DNA of 64,000 nucleotides from Devosia sp. (GTDB lineage: Bacteria; Pseudomonadota; Alphaproteobacteria; Rhizobiales; Devosiaceae). Positions 39,210-49,051 of the stretch are shown in pieces. Location: contig DASZPY010000014.1 in assembly GCA_035549855.1 (NCBI GenBank), positions 1,015-65,014 on the forward strand, given 5' to 3'. Numbering within the stretch: position 1 is the stretch's first letter; every line of letters begins with the position of its first letter. Under the pieces are notes generated by a model. It worked only from the letters and a program-made list of their open reading frames with translations. It did no database searches and was not told the DNA's origin. The translations under genes were made by a program, and so were the position numbers.

Positions 39210-40031
39210 TTGAGCGACGGCCCAATGCTGCCGCAGCCGCACAACGACAATAGTAATGGTGGCGAGCTGGGCGCACGGCTGGTCGACGACCTGCTCATGG
39301 GGCTCCGATTCTATTCCCGGCTGCCGACCGGCGACCGGCCGCATGAGCGCCCAAACCTCTCCCGGATCGCGCTGGCCCTTCCCTTCACCTCCTGCGTCAT
39401 CGGGCTTGCCCCTGTCGCAGCGCTGCTCGCCCTCGAATGGCTGGGCACGGCACATCTGTTTTCGGCTGCGTTTGCCGTCGCGGTGGGTGTCGTTGTGACC
39501 GGCGCGATGGCGGAGGACGCCCTCGCCGATTCCGCCGACGGATTGTTCGGCGGGCAGAATATCGAAGAGCGGCTGGCGATCATGAAAGACAGCCGTCACG
39601 GCACCTATGGCGTGGCGGCGATCGTCATGCTGCTGCTGCTGCGGGTGTCGGCCATCGGGTCGGTCGGCAATCCGCTGGCGGCGGCAGGGGTGTGGCTGGC
39701 GGCGATGGTGATGTCGCGCTCGGGCGCGCTATGGCTGACGCGGGCGCTGCCCGCCGCGCGGTCCGGAGGCGCGGCCGCTACGGCCGGGCGGGTCAGCATG
39801 CAGGCGTTCGCGGTGGGCGGGATTTTCGCTGTGATCCTGAGTTTTGTGTTCGCAGGCTTTGCGGTCGGCGTGCTGGGCCTCGCCCTCGCCTATCTAAGCT
39901 GCGCCGGCGTGCTTTTCGGCTGGATCGCGCTCTGCCGCCGGCTGATCGGCGGCCAGACCGGCGACCTGATCGGCGCGCTCCAGGCGCTCCTTGAAATCGC
40001 CGCGCTCAGTGCCTTTATGGTCTTTGCATAG
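39210..40031 (+). CDS. cobS: Adenosylcobinamide-GDP ribazoletransferase (cobalamin synthase)
   Basis: FYSRLP, TGAMAEDALADSADG, IMKDSRHGTYG, GGQTGDLIGA. Confidence 0.92.
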   Translation: MSDGPMLPQPHNDNSNGGELGARLVDDLLMGLRFYSRLPTGDRPHERPNLSRIALALPFTSCVIGLAPVAALLALEWLGTAHLFSAAFAVAVGVVVTGAMAEDALADSADGLFGGQNIEERLAIMKDSRHGTYGVAAIVMLLLLRVSAIGSVGNPLAAAGVWLAAMVMSRSGALWLTRALPAARSGGAAATAGRVSMQAFAVGGIFAVILSFVFAGFAVGVLGLALAYLSCAGVLFGWIALCRRLIGGQTGDLIGALQALLEIAALSAFMVFA

Positions 40032-40043
40032 TCGGGGATCGTC

Positions 40044-40730
40044 GTGTTCTTCATCGGTGTGGCATTACTGGTTGCGGTCGGGCTGGGGCTCCTGATCAGC
40101 TCGGACGCGGGAAGCCTGGTCGGGCTCACGCAGCAGCAATTCGGCCAGCTGGTGCCGCTCGTCATCCTGCTGATCGTGTTCGCGGCGAGCATATTCGGGC
40201 GGCGGCAGCGGCTTTCGGCGATGGCGGGCAATTTGCTGGCGTGGGTTGCCGTCTTCGGCATCGCGCTGGTCGCCTATGCCTATCGCGACGATCTGCAGGG
40301 CGTCGCGGCGCGGGTCTTCGGTGAACTGGTGCCGAGCGCCGCGGTGATAGATTCCGAGAACGGCACGGCGAGCTTCCGGCGCGGGCGGGACGGTCATTTC
40401 CAGGTGGCTTCCACCGTCAACGGCGTGTCCATTCCGCTGCTGTTCGACACGGGTGCCAGCGCGGTCGTGCTGTCCTATTCCGACGCCACGAAAGCCGGGA
40501 TCGACGTGGCCTCGCTCAATTTCGACACGCCCGTGACCACCGCCAACGGCACCGGGCGGGCGGCGCTGGTGCGGCTCGACCGGATCGAAGTGGGCGGCAT
40601 CGCGCGGCGCAATATCCGCGCCTTTGTCGCCGAGCGCGGGGCGCTCGAAGGCAGCCTGCTCGGCATGACCTTCCTCGAAACGCTCAGCCGCTACGGTGTC
40701 TCCGGCAACAGGCTGGAACTTGCCGACTGA
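40044..40730 (+). CDS. TIGR02281-type clan AA aspartic protease
   Basis: N-terminal TMs, DGHF, FDTGAS, TANG, LLGMTFL. Confidence 0.9.
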   Translation: MFFIGVALLVAVGLGLLISSDAGSLVGLTQQQFGQLVPLVILLIVFAASIFGRRQRLSAMAGNLLAWVAVFGIALVAYAYRDDLQGVAARVFGELVPSAAVIDSENGTASFRRGRDGHFQVASTVNGVSIPLLFDTGASAVVLSYSDATKAGIDVASLNFDTPVTTANGTGRAALVRLDRIEVGGIARRNIRAFVAERGALEGSLLGMTFLETLSRYGVSGNRLELAD

Positions 40731-40777
40731 CGGCTAGAGCCGCATAGTCGATTCAGCGTCAACCGGAGACTACCCAA

Positions 40778-41266
40778 ATGCCCCAACGTCCCTACGACGA
40801 GCGGCTGTTGCGTGCTGCTTTCGCCGTGGCTCAACGCGCCCGCGAAGGTGGCGACCATCCCTTCGGCTCGGTCCTTGCCGACAAGGATGGCAAGATCCTG
40901 CGCGAGCAGGGTAACGGATATTCCTCTGAGGGTGGCGACCGAACTGCCCATGCCGAGAGGCTGCTTGCCTCGTGGGCAGCCAAAAATCTCTCGCTGGAAC
41001 AGCTTTCCACCTGCACGCTCTATACCTCGGCGGAACCCTGCGCGATGTGCTCAGGCGCGATCTACTGGGCCGGTATCGGGCGCGTCGTCTATGGCCAGAC
41101 CGAGCGCGACCTCAAGGCACAGACGGGCGCGCATGAGGAGAACCCCACGCTCGACCTGCCCTGCCATATCGTGTTCGAGGCGGGACAGCGGCCGACCGAA
41201 ATCGTGGGGCCGCTGCTGGCCGAAGAGGCGGCGCAGTTGCAGGCGGATTTCTGGAAACACAAATAG
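40778..41266 (+). CDS. Zn-dependent nucleoside/nucleobase deaminase
   Basis: HPFG, HAE, EPCAMC. Confidence 0.9.
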   Translation: MPQRPYDERLLRAAFAVAQRAREGGDHPFGSVLADKDGKILREQGNGYSSEGGDRTAHAERLLASWAAKNLSLEQLSTCTLYTSAEPCAMCSGAIYWAGIGRVVYGQTERDLKAQTGAHEENPTLDLPCHIVFEAGQRPTEIVGPLLAEEAAQLQADFWKHK

Positions 41267-42265
41267 TCAGGCGACTTCGAGCGCCGGCTGCTCCAGAGCG
41301 GCGAGCGCACGCAGGATGATCTCGGGCCCGGCGCCGCGGCGCGCGGCGTCCACGCTGAGGATTTGCCGGAAATGCCGGGCGCCGGGCCGGCCATTGGCGA
41401 GACCAAGCATGTGCCGCGTGATGTTGTTGAGGCGCGTGCCCTTGCTGAGTTCGGTTTCGGCGTAGTCGGCCATAGCGCGGAGGATCGCCGCAAGGTCGAT
41501 GTGCCGCGCCGTGTCACCGTAGAAACGGGAGTCGATCTCGGCGAGCATCAGCGGATCGTGGTAGGCGGCGCGGCCGAGCATGACGCCATCGACGTGCTGC
41601 AAGTGCGCTTCGGCGGCTTCCAGGGAATCGATGCCGCCATTGATCGAGACCATGTGCCGCCCGAGCCGCTCGGCTAGACGATAGACGCGCGGATAGTCGA
41701 GCGGCGGGATGGTGCGGTTCTCCTTGGGCGACAGGCCCTTGAGCCACGCCTTGCGGGCGTGGACGTAGATATGGTCCGCGCCGGCGGCGACCATCCCGTC
41801 GGCGAAGCGGTCGAGGCTTTCTCCGGTGTCCTGGTCATCGATGCCGAGCCGGCATTTGACCGTAACCGGAAGATCGGTCGCGGCCTTCATGGCGCGCACA
41901 CAATCGGCCACGAGCGCCGGTTCGGCCATCAGGCAGGCGCCGAAGCGGCCGGATTGCACGCGGTCCGACGGACAGCCGACATTGAGGTTGATTTCGTCAT
42001 AGCCGAAGGCGGTCGCGATGCTGGTGGCCTCGGCGAGCTCGCCCGGATCGGAGCCGCCGATCTGGGCCGCCAGCGGATGCTCGATCTCGGAAAAGCCCAG
42101 CAAGCGCTCGCGGTCGCCGTGGACGATGGCGGCGCTGGTCACCATCTCGGTGAACAGCAAAGCGCGGCGCGTCAGCTGGCGATGGAGGGCCCGGCAATGC
42201 CGGTCCGTCCAGTCCATCATGGGCGCCACGGAGAAGCGGCGCGCGTTGGCCAAGTTCAGGGTCAT
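41267..42265 (-). CDS. dusA: tRNA-dihydrouridine synthase A
   Basis: VAPMMDWTDRH, NLNVGCPSDRVQ, HARKAWLKGLSPKENR. Confidence 0.96.
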   Translation of the reverse strand: MTLNLANARRFSVAPMMDWTDRHCRALHRQLTRRALLFTEMVTSAAIVHGDRERLLGFSEIEHPLAAQIGGSDPGELAEATSIATAFGYDEINLNVGCPSDRVQSGRFGACLMAEPALVADCVRAMKAATDLPVTVKCRLGIDDQDTGESLDRFADGMVAAGADHIYVHARKAWLKGLSPKENRTIPPLDYPRVYRLAERLGRHMVSINGGIDSLEAAEAHLQHVDGVMLGRAAYHDPLMLAEIDSRFYGDTARHIDLAAILRAMADYAETELSKGTRLNNITRHMLGLANGRPGARHFRQILSVDAARRGAGPEIILRALAALEQPALEVA

Positions 42266-42422
42266 GGGCGGGACATAGGCGGTCCGGCCCGAAAACGCCA
42301 GCGTGCCTGGCATAGCCGGTGAACGGGATGCCCGGCACGCATATGAGGGCTTCCGGGCGGGATGGATGGCTGGGTTGAGCGGCGGTTCGCCGGAGCCTAT
42401 GTCTCACACGGGGCGCGAAACG

Positions 42423-43769
42423 ATGGTGGACATCATGGTTGGCGAGGCTCGGAAGCATAGAATTGTGGTGATCGGCGGCGGCTTTGGCGGGCTCGCGGCC
42501 GTACAGGCGCTGAAGGGGTCTGGCGCCGACATCACCATCATCGACAAGCGCAACCATCATCTGTTCCAGCCCCTGCTCTACCAGGTCGCGACGACCGCGC
42601 TGGGCCCGTCGGAAATTGCGTGGCCGATCCGCCAGCTTCTCAGCAAGCGCGATGATGTCACCACCCTTCTGGCCGAAGTCGTCGGCATCGATACCGCCGC
42701 TAAGGCCGTCCTGCTCGAGAGCGGTGCCCGCGTGCCCTTCGACTCGCTGATCATCGCCACCGGCGCGCGGCATGCCTATTTCGGGCACGACGACTGGGAG
42801 CCTTTTGCGCCGGGCCTCAAGACGCTCGAGGATGCGACCGCCATGCGGCGGAAGCTGCTCGTTGCATTCGAAAAGGCGGAACTGGAGAGCGATCCGGTCC
42901 GGCGCCGCGCGCTCCTGACTTTCGCGATCATCGGTGGCGGCGCCACGGGCGTCGAGCTCGCCGGTGCAATCATCGAGCTGGCGCGCATCACGCTCAGGAA
43001 CGATTTCCGTTCGATCCATCCCGAGGAAGCGCGGGTCGTCCTTATCGAGGCGGGCGAGCGAGTGCTGGCTGCCTTCAAGCCTGAGCTATCGGCTTATGCG
43101 CTCAAGGCGCTGACCAAGCTCGGCGTGGACGTGCGCCTCGGCAAGCCGGTGACGGCGCTCAGCCAAGGCAAGCTCCAGATCGGCGACGAAGTGCTCGAGG
43201 CGGAGACGATCATCTGGGCGGCCGGCGTCCTCGCCTCGCCTGCGGCACAGTGGCTTGGAGCCGAAGCCGACCGCGCCGGCCGCATCAAGGTCAATGACGA
43301 TCTCACCGTGCCGGGCCATCCCGATATCTTCGCCATCGGCGACACGGTCACCGCGCCCTGGCGCGACGGCAAAGCGGTGCCGGGCATAGGGGACGCGGCA
43401 AAGCAAGGCGGACGGCATGCGGCCGCGATCATCAAGGCACGGCTCGCCGGCGACAATTCGCACAAGCCGTTCCACTACGCGCATCTCGGAGACATCGCGA
43501 CGATCGGCCGGCGGGAAGCGTTGATCGATTTCGGCTGGATCAAGCTCACCGGCTGGATCGGCTGGTGGACATGGGGCCTCGCCCATATCTACTTCTTGAT
43601 CGGCTTGAAGAACCGGATCTTCGTCGCGCTCAACTGGCTGTGGATCTATCTCACCGGCTATCGCAGCGCCCGGCTCATCACCGAGGAGCGGGTCAGCGCA
43701 TCGCCAGCAAACGGGACGGTGCCAGCAGAAAAGGCGGCAGCGCCGCGGCGAGATTCGAAAGCGGCATGA
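42423..43769 (+). CDS. ndh: Type II NADH dehydrogenase-like flavoprotein
   Basis: GGGFGG, HLFQPLLYQVAT, GGGATGVELAG, IFAIGD. Confidence 0.85.
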   Translation: MVDIMVGEARKHRIVVIGGGFGGLAAVQALKGSGADITIIDKRNHHLFQPLLYQVATTALGPSEIAWPIRQLLSKRDDVTTLLAEVVGIDTAAKAVLLESGARVPFDSLIIATGARHAYFGHDDWEPFAPGLKTLEDATAMRRKLLVAFEKAELESDPVRRRALLTFAIIGGGATGVELAGAIIELARITLRNDFRSIHPEEARVVLIEAGERVLAAFKPELSAYALKALTKLGVDVRLGKPVTALSQGKLQIGDEVLEAETIIWAAGVLASPAAQWLGAEADRAGRIKVNDDLTVPGHPDIFAIGDTVTAPWRDGKAVPGIGDAAKQGGRHAAAIIKARLAGDNSHKPFHYAHLGDIATIGRREALIDFGWIKLTGWIGWWTWGLAHIYFLIGLKNRIFVALNWLWIYLTGYRSARLITEERVSASPANGTVPAEKAAAPRRDSKAA

Positions 43770-45078
43770 CCTCCGGCTTGAGCCGGATGCCGAGCACGTC
43801 GGCCATGAAGGCGCGGCGTGCCTCGACGCGATCGGCCAACTCGGGGAATTTGTCGCGCAACTCGGCGCGGCCGCGCTCATCCAGCAGCGCGATACCGTCC
43901 TCGATATTGGCCGAATAGTAGGGCGCACCGACCGCCGGAATGATGTCGCACTGGATCGCCTGGCCCGATTTCAGCGTCTCCCTGGAGCCCGGATAGACCG
44001 GCGTGTTCATCCATTCGTCGAGATGGATGAGGTGGCCGGGGTTGAGGATGAGGTTGAAGAACGGGTCGCCGAGGTGCCTGCGGACGAGCGCGTCGAGCGC
44101 GCCGCCTTCGACGCCGATGCCGATCGTCTCGTACCATTCGGCTGCGCAGGCGAAATAGGGCATGGCCAGGCGCTCGACATAGTCATGCGCCTCCACCGGC
44201 AGTTCCTTGGCGTCGGCGACCATCCAGCCGACCCGGCTCGACAGGCCGCCCCAATAGCCGACCGCAGTGGTCAGCGGATCGCCGCGTTCGATGACCTTGC
44301 CGCTCGGGCTCTCGAGCCCCGATAGCCTGGCTCCGGTCGAGAGCATCGTATGGCAGGAGTGTGGCAGCGCGCCGAGCCCCATGGATTGTACGGCGGCAAA
44401 TTCGGTGATGCCCGGCCGCAGATTCTGCCACAGCGCCTTGATGGCTTCCGAGGCCTTTACCGCACCGAACTCGAACTGGGCGATCTGCTCGATCTCGTTG
44501 ATGGCGCGCAGGCCCTTGGACGAGTCCATCAGCAAAGCGTTTGAATTCAGCACCCTGCCCTCGCCGCCCACGAGCTTGCGGAGCATATCGATGATGAAGG
44601 CCGGCGTTTCGAACCAGCTGTCGGGCTTGGCCGCCTCGTCAATGCCGAAATATTTCCAGCCCATGACGCCGACACGCTGGCCCGGGGCGATCCCCGCCGT
44701 GGTCAGCACCTCTTCGAGGTCCGGCGTTTCGCTGCGATCCTGGCCCAGAAGTCCGAAGGGAGGATAGAGCCGCGCATCGACCTCGATCATGGCGTGGCTT
44801 GCACGCCCCAGATTTTCCGGACCTGTGAGCAGCGTTGGCACGTTGCCCGGAGTCATAATCAACAGCGCCTCTTCGAAGCGCGGATCGAAGCCCGTGAGCC
44901 AAGCAAGATTCGCGGAGTGCTCGCGGTCGGCATAAATCACGACAGCATCGAGACTGGCGGCGCGTCGCGCACGGCCAAGAGCATCGAGCCTTGAAGCATA
45001 GGTCAAGCGCGGCAGTTCGGGACGCGCGGCCGGCACCCCGAAATCGGGCAGCGCGGCGTCAATCAGGCGGACAGGCAT
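43693..45078 (-). CDS. M24 (pita-bread) fold protein with an incomplete metal site
   Basis: YADREH..NLAWLTGFDPRFEE N-domain; NPGHLIHLDEW, QCDIIP, NIEDG. Confidence 0.8.
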   Translation of the reverse strand: MPVRLIDAALPDFGVPAARPELPRLTYASRLDALGRARRAASLDAVVIYADREHSANLAWLTGFDPRFEEALLIMTPGNVPTLLTGPENLGRASHAMIEVDARLYPPFGLLGQDRSETPDLEEVLTTAGIAPGQRVGVMGWKYFGIDEAAKPDSWFETPAFIIDMLRKLVGGEGRVLNSNALLMDSSKGLRAINEIEQIAQFEFGAVKASEAIKALWQNLRPGITEFAAVQSMGLGALPHSCHTMLSTGARLSGLESPSGKVIERGDPLTTAVGYWGGLSSRVGWMVADAKELPVEAHDYVERLAMPYFACAAEWYETIGIGVEGGALDALVRRHLGDPFFNLILNPGHLIHLDEWMNTPVYPGSRETLKSGQAIQCDIIPAVGAPYYSANIEDGIALLDERGRAELRDKFPELADRVEARRAFMADVLGIRLKPEVMPLSNLAAALPPFLLAPSRLLAMR

Positions 45079-45155
45079 TCAAGGACCCCTTCGACGACGG
45101 CGGCAATTCTAGGCGGCTTCCCGCCGCGCGCCAATGGGCCGCCAATCGGCGGCTT

Positions 45156-45857
45156 TCAACGCAGCCAGGTCTTGTAGTCGCTCACCAGCAGATGCCAGGG
45201 CTCCTCGTCTTCCTCGATGCCCGAGAAGCGGGCGATCTTTGGGTCCTCGAAGACATTGTCAGTGTTGTCGTCATTGACCGTCGAGACTTCGCCCACGAAG
45301 ACGTCGCCGCCTTCGCCCCAGAAGGCATGCCAATGCTCGTTGGGCATAAGCGTGACGCTTTCGCCCGGCGCAAGCCGCAACTTGTGGCCGGCTTCCAGTT
45401 CGCGCCGGATGCCATCGGTATAGACCACCGTACCCTTGCTGCGGTCGCATTTGCCGGCGGTGTCGCCGTAGAGTTCGATCACCAGCGTGCCGCCGCCGCG
45501 GTTGATGATGTCCTCGGCCTTGAGGTTGTGCCGATGCATCGGCGAATACTGGTCCTTGCGGCTGACCATCGCCTTTTCGGCGTAGAGCATGCCGCGGCCC
45601 TTGCTGAGGTCGGCATTGTTGCCGTTGCGCACGGTGAAGAGGAACAGGCCGGTGCCGTTGAAATCGCCGAGGCCATAATCGGTGATGTCCCAGCCGAGAT
45701 TGTGATCGATGATCGCCTGTGCTTCGGCCTTGCGCGCCTTGAACTCAGTCGGTGACCAATAGGCGAAGGGCGGCATGATGTAGCCGAAGGAGCGGATGAA
45801 CTTGTCGCTCTCCCGCATGATGCGGTTCACGTCGCTGCGCTTGATCGAATTGGCCAT
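45156..45857 (-). CDS. D-lyxose/D-mannose family isomerase (cupin)
   Basis: GWDITDYG, YAEK, PMHRH..KAEDIINRGGG, HAFWG, GEVSTVNDD. Confidence 0.92.
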   Translation of the reverse strand: MANSIKRSDVNRIMRESDKFIRSFGYIMPPFAYWSPTEFKARKAEAQAIIDHNLGWDITDYGLGDFNGTGLFLFTVRNGNNADLSKGRGMLYAEKAMVSRKDQYSPMHRHNLKAEDIINRGGGTLVIELYGDTAGKCDRSKGTVVYTDGIRRELEAGHKLRLAPGESVTLMPNEHWHAFWGEGGDVFVGEVSTVNDDNTDNVFEDPKIARFSGIEEDEEPWHLLVSDYKTWLR

Positions 45858-45904
45858 GTGTGTCTCCTCCCGTGCCTCTTGCGGCCGGCCTTAAGTTGTC
45901 GGGA

Positions 45905-46420
45905 TCAGGCTTCCACGCTGCGATCCGGCAAGACCGGCTTGACGAGCAGATAGAGGCTGAATGCAAGTGCGGTCGACGTGAAATCGGCAATGAGGCTGTT
46001 CTGCCAGAACGGAATCGCCGCGATGTAGCAGGCGACGAGACCCTCCCACGAGTAGCCGTACCAGCCTTCAAGCCAGGTCCCGAAATTGGACAGCACGAAG
46101 AAGGCGATGCTGGCGAGCAGGGTCGCCCCGATCAGCCGGAAAACGCCGAAGGTGGGCAGCAGGCCGCGCGCGATGAAAACGCCCGCCGCCATGCCCGCAT
46201 AGGTCGCGAGCATCCCCGGATACCAGCCGAGGACGATATCGGCGAGCGCCATCGCCCCGATCGGTACCAGCAACGCCAGCCAGATGTTGCGAAGTGCGTA
46301 GCCGGCAAGAAGCGTGACACCCGTCACCGCGGCGATGTTGGGCGGCAGATGCAGCAGCCGGCTCGCGGCGCCCAGCACGATGAGGATGAGGGCAAGCTTC
46401 TCGTCATTGGTCAGTTTCAT
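45905..46420 (-). CDS. DUF6580-like membrane protein (ECF S-component-like)
   Basis: SRLLHLPPN, FFVLSNFGTW, CYIAAIPF; RBS GAGGA before the ATG at 46420. Confidence 0.75.
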   Translation of the reverse strand: MKLTNDEKLALILIVLGAASRLLHLPPNIAAVTGVTLLAGYALRNIWLALLVPIGAMALADIVLGWYPGMLATYAGMAAGVFIARGLLPTFGVFRLIGATLLASIAFFVLSNFGTWLEGWYGYSWEGLVACYIAAIPFWQNSLIADFTSTALAFSLYLLVKPVLPDRSVEA

Positions 46421-46428
46421 CGGCGTCC

Positions 46429-48930
46429 TCAATAGGTCTGTCTCAGGTGCCCGATCCTGAGCGTCGATGCCAGAGCTTTCTGGGTGGCCTTGGCGCCCTG
46501 CCGTGGCGTGAAGCTCAACCGTACCTCGCGCCCAGGCAGCAGGGTGATCGCATTGTCGGAAAAATAGCCTGGAATGCCGGTCGTCGCGGTGACGAAGAGC
46601 GCCGGCTTGTCCGCCTTCAGGATCAGCACCGGCGCGCCGCCTTTGCTGTCCCAGCGCGTAGTGACCTTCGCCTCGGAGAAGTCGTATGCCTTATAGGGCC
46701 GCGGGAAATAGTCGTTCTCGCCGAGGAGCCTGCCGCCGGCGCCGCGCCAACTGAAATAGAGGAACTCGGTTGGGCGCAGATCGCCCGCAGCAAGACGCCC
46801 CAGCTCTGCGGCAGCGTCCGGAGAGACCTTGCTGGTGGCGGTAAAGACCATGCGCGACTTGCCGGTCACGTCGACCGCCTCGACTTCAAGGCTGATCTCG
46901 GTCCTCGCCCCTGCGTCGTTGATTGCCTTGATGACAATGTCACCGCTCTCGCGGTCGGGAACGGCAACAACGTTGACCGGCCGGAAGAAGCGCCTGGCCA
47001 TATAGTGCAGCAGCTTCCACTGCCCGCCATAGTCGAGGCTGGCCCAGCTGGCGACGGGATAGGTATCGTTGATCTGCCAGAACAGCGTGCCCATGCAGCG
47101 CGGCTTGGTCGAGCGCCAGAACTCGATGGCAGTCTTGATCGCCAGGCCCTGCTGGATCTGGCTCAGGAATACCATCTGCTCGAAATCGCGCGGGAAACGG
47201 AAGTAGCGCGTCATCGTCTCGAGGATGCGCGCATTGCCGCCGGTATTGCGCTGGTGATTCTCCATCACCGGCGATGACGGATTGCGATCGGCGGGTTCGG
47301 TGAAGCTCTCGATGACGTTCATCGAGGTGAAGCTCTGGAAGCCGAATTCGGAGGCGAAGCGCGGCTTGACGTCCTGGTAGGCCGAGAAGTCCTTGGCCTC
47401 GTGCCAGACGCTCCAGTAATGCGTGTCGCCACGGGTATCGAGATGCCAGCCGTCGGCGAAGTCGAGATAGCCGAGAGACGGTGACGAGGGCCAGAAGCGC
47501 CGGCCCGGATCCTCGTCCTCGACGATGCGCGCGAGCATCGAATTCAGGCGGTCGTAATTGGCGAGATAGCGTTCGGGATTGGCCTTGGTCTCAGGATACC
47601 AGGTGAGCGAGCCGATCACCTCATTGTCGCCGCACCAGAGCGCGATGCAGGCGTGGTGGCTGAGCCGGCGGACCTGCTGGGTGATCTCGATGCGCACATC
47701 GTCGAGAAATTCGCGGTTCGAGGGATAGCTCATGCAGGCGAACATGAAGTCCTGCCAGACCATGAGGCCGAGCTCGTCGCAGAGCTCGTAGAAATAGTCG
47801 GGCTCATACTGTCCGCCGCCCCAGACGCGGATCATGTTCATGTTCGAGGCGCGGGCGCTTTCGAGCAGGTCGCGGACGGCCGGCTCGGTGATGCGCGAGG
47901 GGATCGCATCGGCAGGGATCCAGTTGGCGCCCATCGCCGTGATGTCGCGGCCGTTCACGCGCACCTTGAAGGAATGATCGATCGCGTCCTTCTCGACGAT
48001 CCATTCGAGCTTGCGCAGGCCGATCCTACGTATGGTCCGTTCGCCGTCGAGCGTCGTCCACATCTCGTAGAGTGGCTGCTCGCCATGTCCGCTGGGCCAC
48101 CAGAGCTTTGGACTTTTGATCGTGAGATTGTGGGTAAAGACGTTCTCGCCCGGCCGCACGGCCACCTTGTCGATGATCTTCTGGCCGGCGATTTCGTGCG
48201 TCAGCTTTACCGAGCCTTCCGCGAAGGCGAAGATTCGGGTCGTGATGGAAAGCTCGACGCTGGTGCGGCCATGCGCCTGATCGACGGTGACGCTTTCCTG
48301 CCGCGCGAGGCGCGATCTGCGGATGGCCATGCGGCCATAAACGCCCGTCGGCATCAGGCGGATGCCCCAATCCCATCCGGCATGGCAGGCGGTTTTGCGC
48401 ACGAAATTCATGTGCACGCCGGGCAGGCCGTTGCTGAGATAGTTATAGGTATAGGGAATGGGAAACGGATGGGCATCGGCGCGGGCCTTGGCAACATCCT
48501 GCGCCACCGCGAACTCGAGGCGCAGCGTGTTGGCGCCTGTCTTCACCTTGCCGGTGACGTCGATATCGTAGCGGATGAACTGGTTTTGCGTGTGCCCGAT
48601 CTCCTCGCCATTGAGGAAGATCGTCGCGATGCAGTCCACGCTTTCGAGCGTCAGGGTGAGGTAGCCGTCGACATCCGCCCTCGTAGCAGTAAATCGGCGT
48701 TCCATTATCCAGGGCGTCTGGTGTACCCACATGACGGCCTGCTCATTGGTGCCGAAATAGGGGTCCGGGATCTGGCCCGCCGCCAGGAGCGCGGTGTGAA
48801 CGTCACCGGGCAGGTTGATGGAAGTCTTGATCTTCCGGCTGGGCGAGGTGAGCGCGAACTCTCCGGCTAGATCGATCTCCGAATAGTGCGCGTGTTCCTG
48901 TGCGAGCACCGCCGTGGCCGCCTTTGCCAT
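46429..48930 (-). CDS. Beta-mannosidase (GH2)
   Basis: GWDWG, GANWIP, RVWGGG, WQDFMFAC, WCGDNE, FASEFG. Confidence 0.93.
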   Translation of the reverse strand: MAKAATAVLAQEHAHYSEIDLAGEFALTSPSRKIKTSINLPGDVHTALLAAGQIPDPYFGTNEQAVMWVHQTPWIMERRFTATRADVDGYLTLTLESVDCIATIFLNGEEIGHTQNQFIRYDIDVTGKVKTGANTLRLEFAVAQDVAKARADAHPFPIPYTYNYLSNGLPGVHMNFVRKTACHAGWDWGIRLMPTGVYGRMAIRRSRLARQESVTVDQAHGRTSVELSITTRIFAFAEGSVKLTHEIAGQKIIDKVAVRPGENVFTHNLTIKSPKLWWPSGHGEQPLYEMWTTLDGERTIRRIGLRKLEWIVEKDAIDHSFKVRVNGRDITAMGANWIPADAIPSRITEPAVRDLLESARASNMNMIRVWGGGQYEPDYFYELCDELGLMVWQDFMFACMSYPSNREFLDDVRIEITQQVRRLSHHACIALWCGDNEVIGSLTWYPETKANPERYLANYDRLNSMLARIVEDEDPGRRFWPSSPSLGYLDFADGWHLDTRGDTHYWSVWHEAKDFSAYQDVKPRFASEFGFQSFTSMNVIESFTEPADRNPSSPVMENHQRNTGGNARILETMTRYFRFPRDFEQMVFLSQIQQGLAIKTAIEFWRSTKPRCMGTLFWQINDTYPVASWASLDYGGQWKLLHYMARRFFRPVNVVAVPDRESGDIVIKAINDAGARTEISLEVEAVDVTGKSRMVFTATSKVSPDAAAELGRLAAGDLRPTEFLYFSWRGAGGRLLGENDYFPRPYKAYDFSEAKVTTRWDSKGGAPVLILKADKPALFVTATTGIPGYFSDNAITLLPGREVRLSFTPRQGAKATQKALASTLRIGHLRQTY

Positions 48931-49014
48931 TTATCGAGCTTCCGGAATTGCAGGTGGCGTGGAGTAGCACATGGGCGGCAAGCGTCAAACGCACCCGCCG
49001 CTCGCTGTCCCCGC

Positions 49015-49044
49015 TTGACACGTGACCATTTGGTCACCTAATGT
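49015..49044 (+). promoter_or_regulatory. Sigma70 promoter with internal palindromic operator
   Basis: TTGACA (49015-20), GTGACCA-TT-TGGTCAC (49022-37), TAATGT (49039-44). Confidence 0.7.
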
Positions 49045-49051
49045 CGCGACC

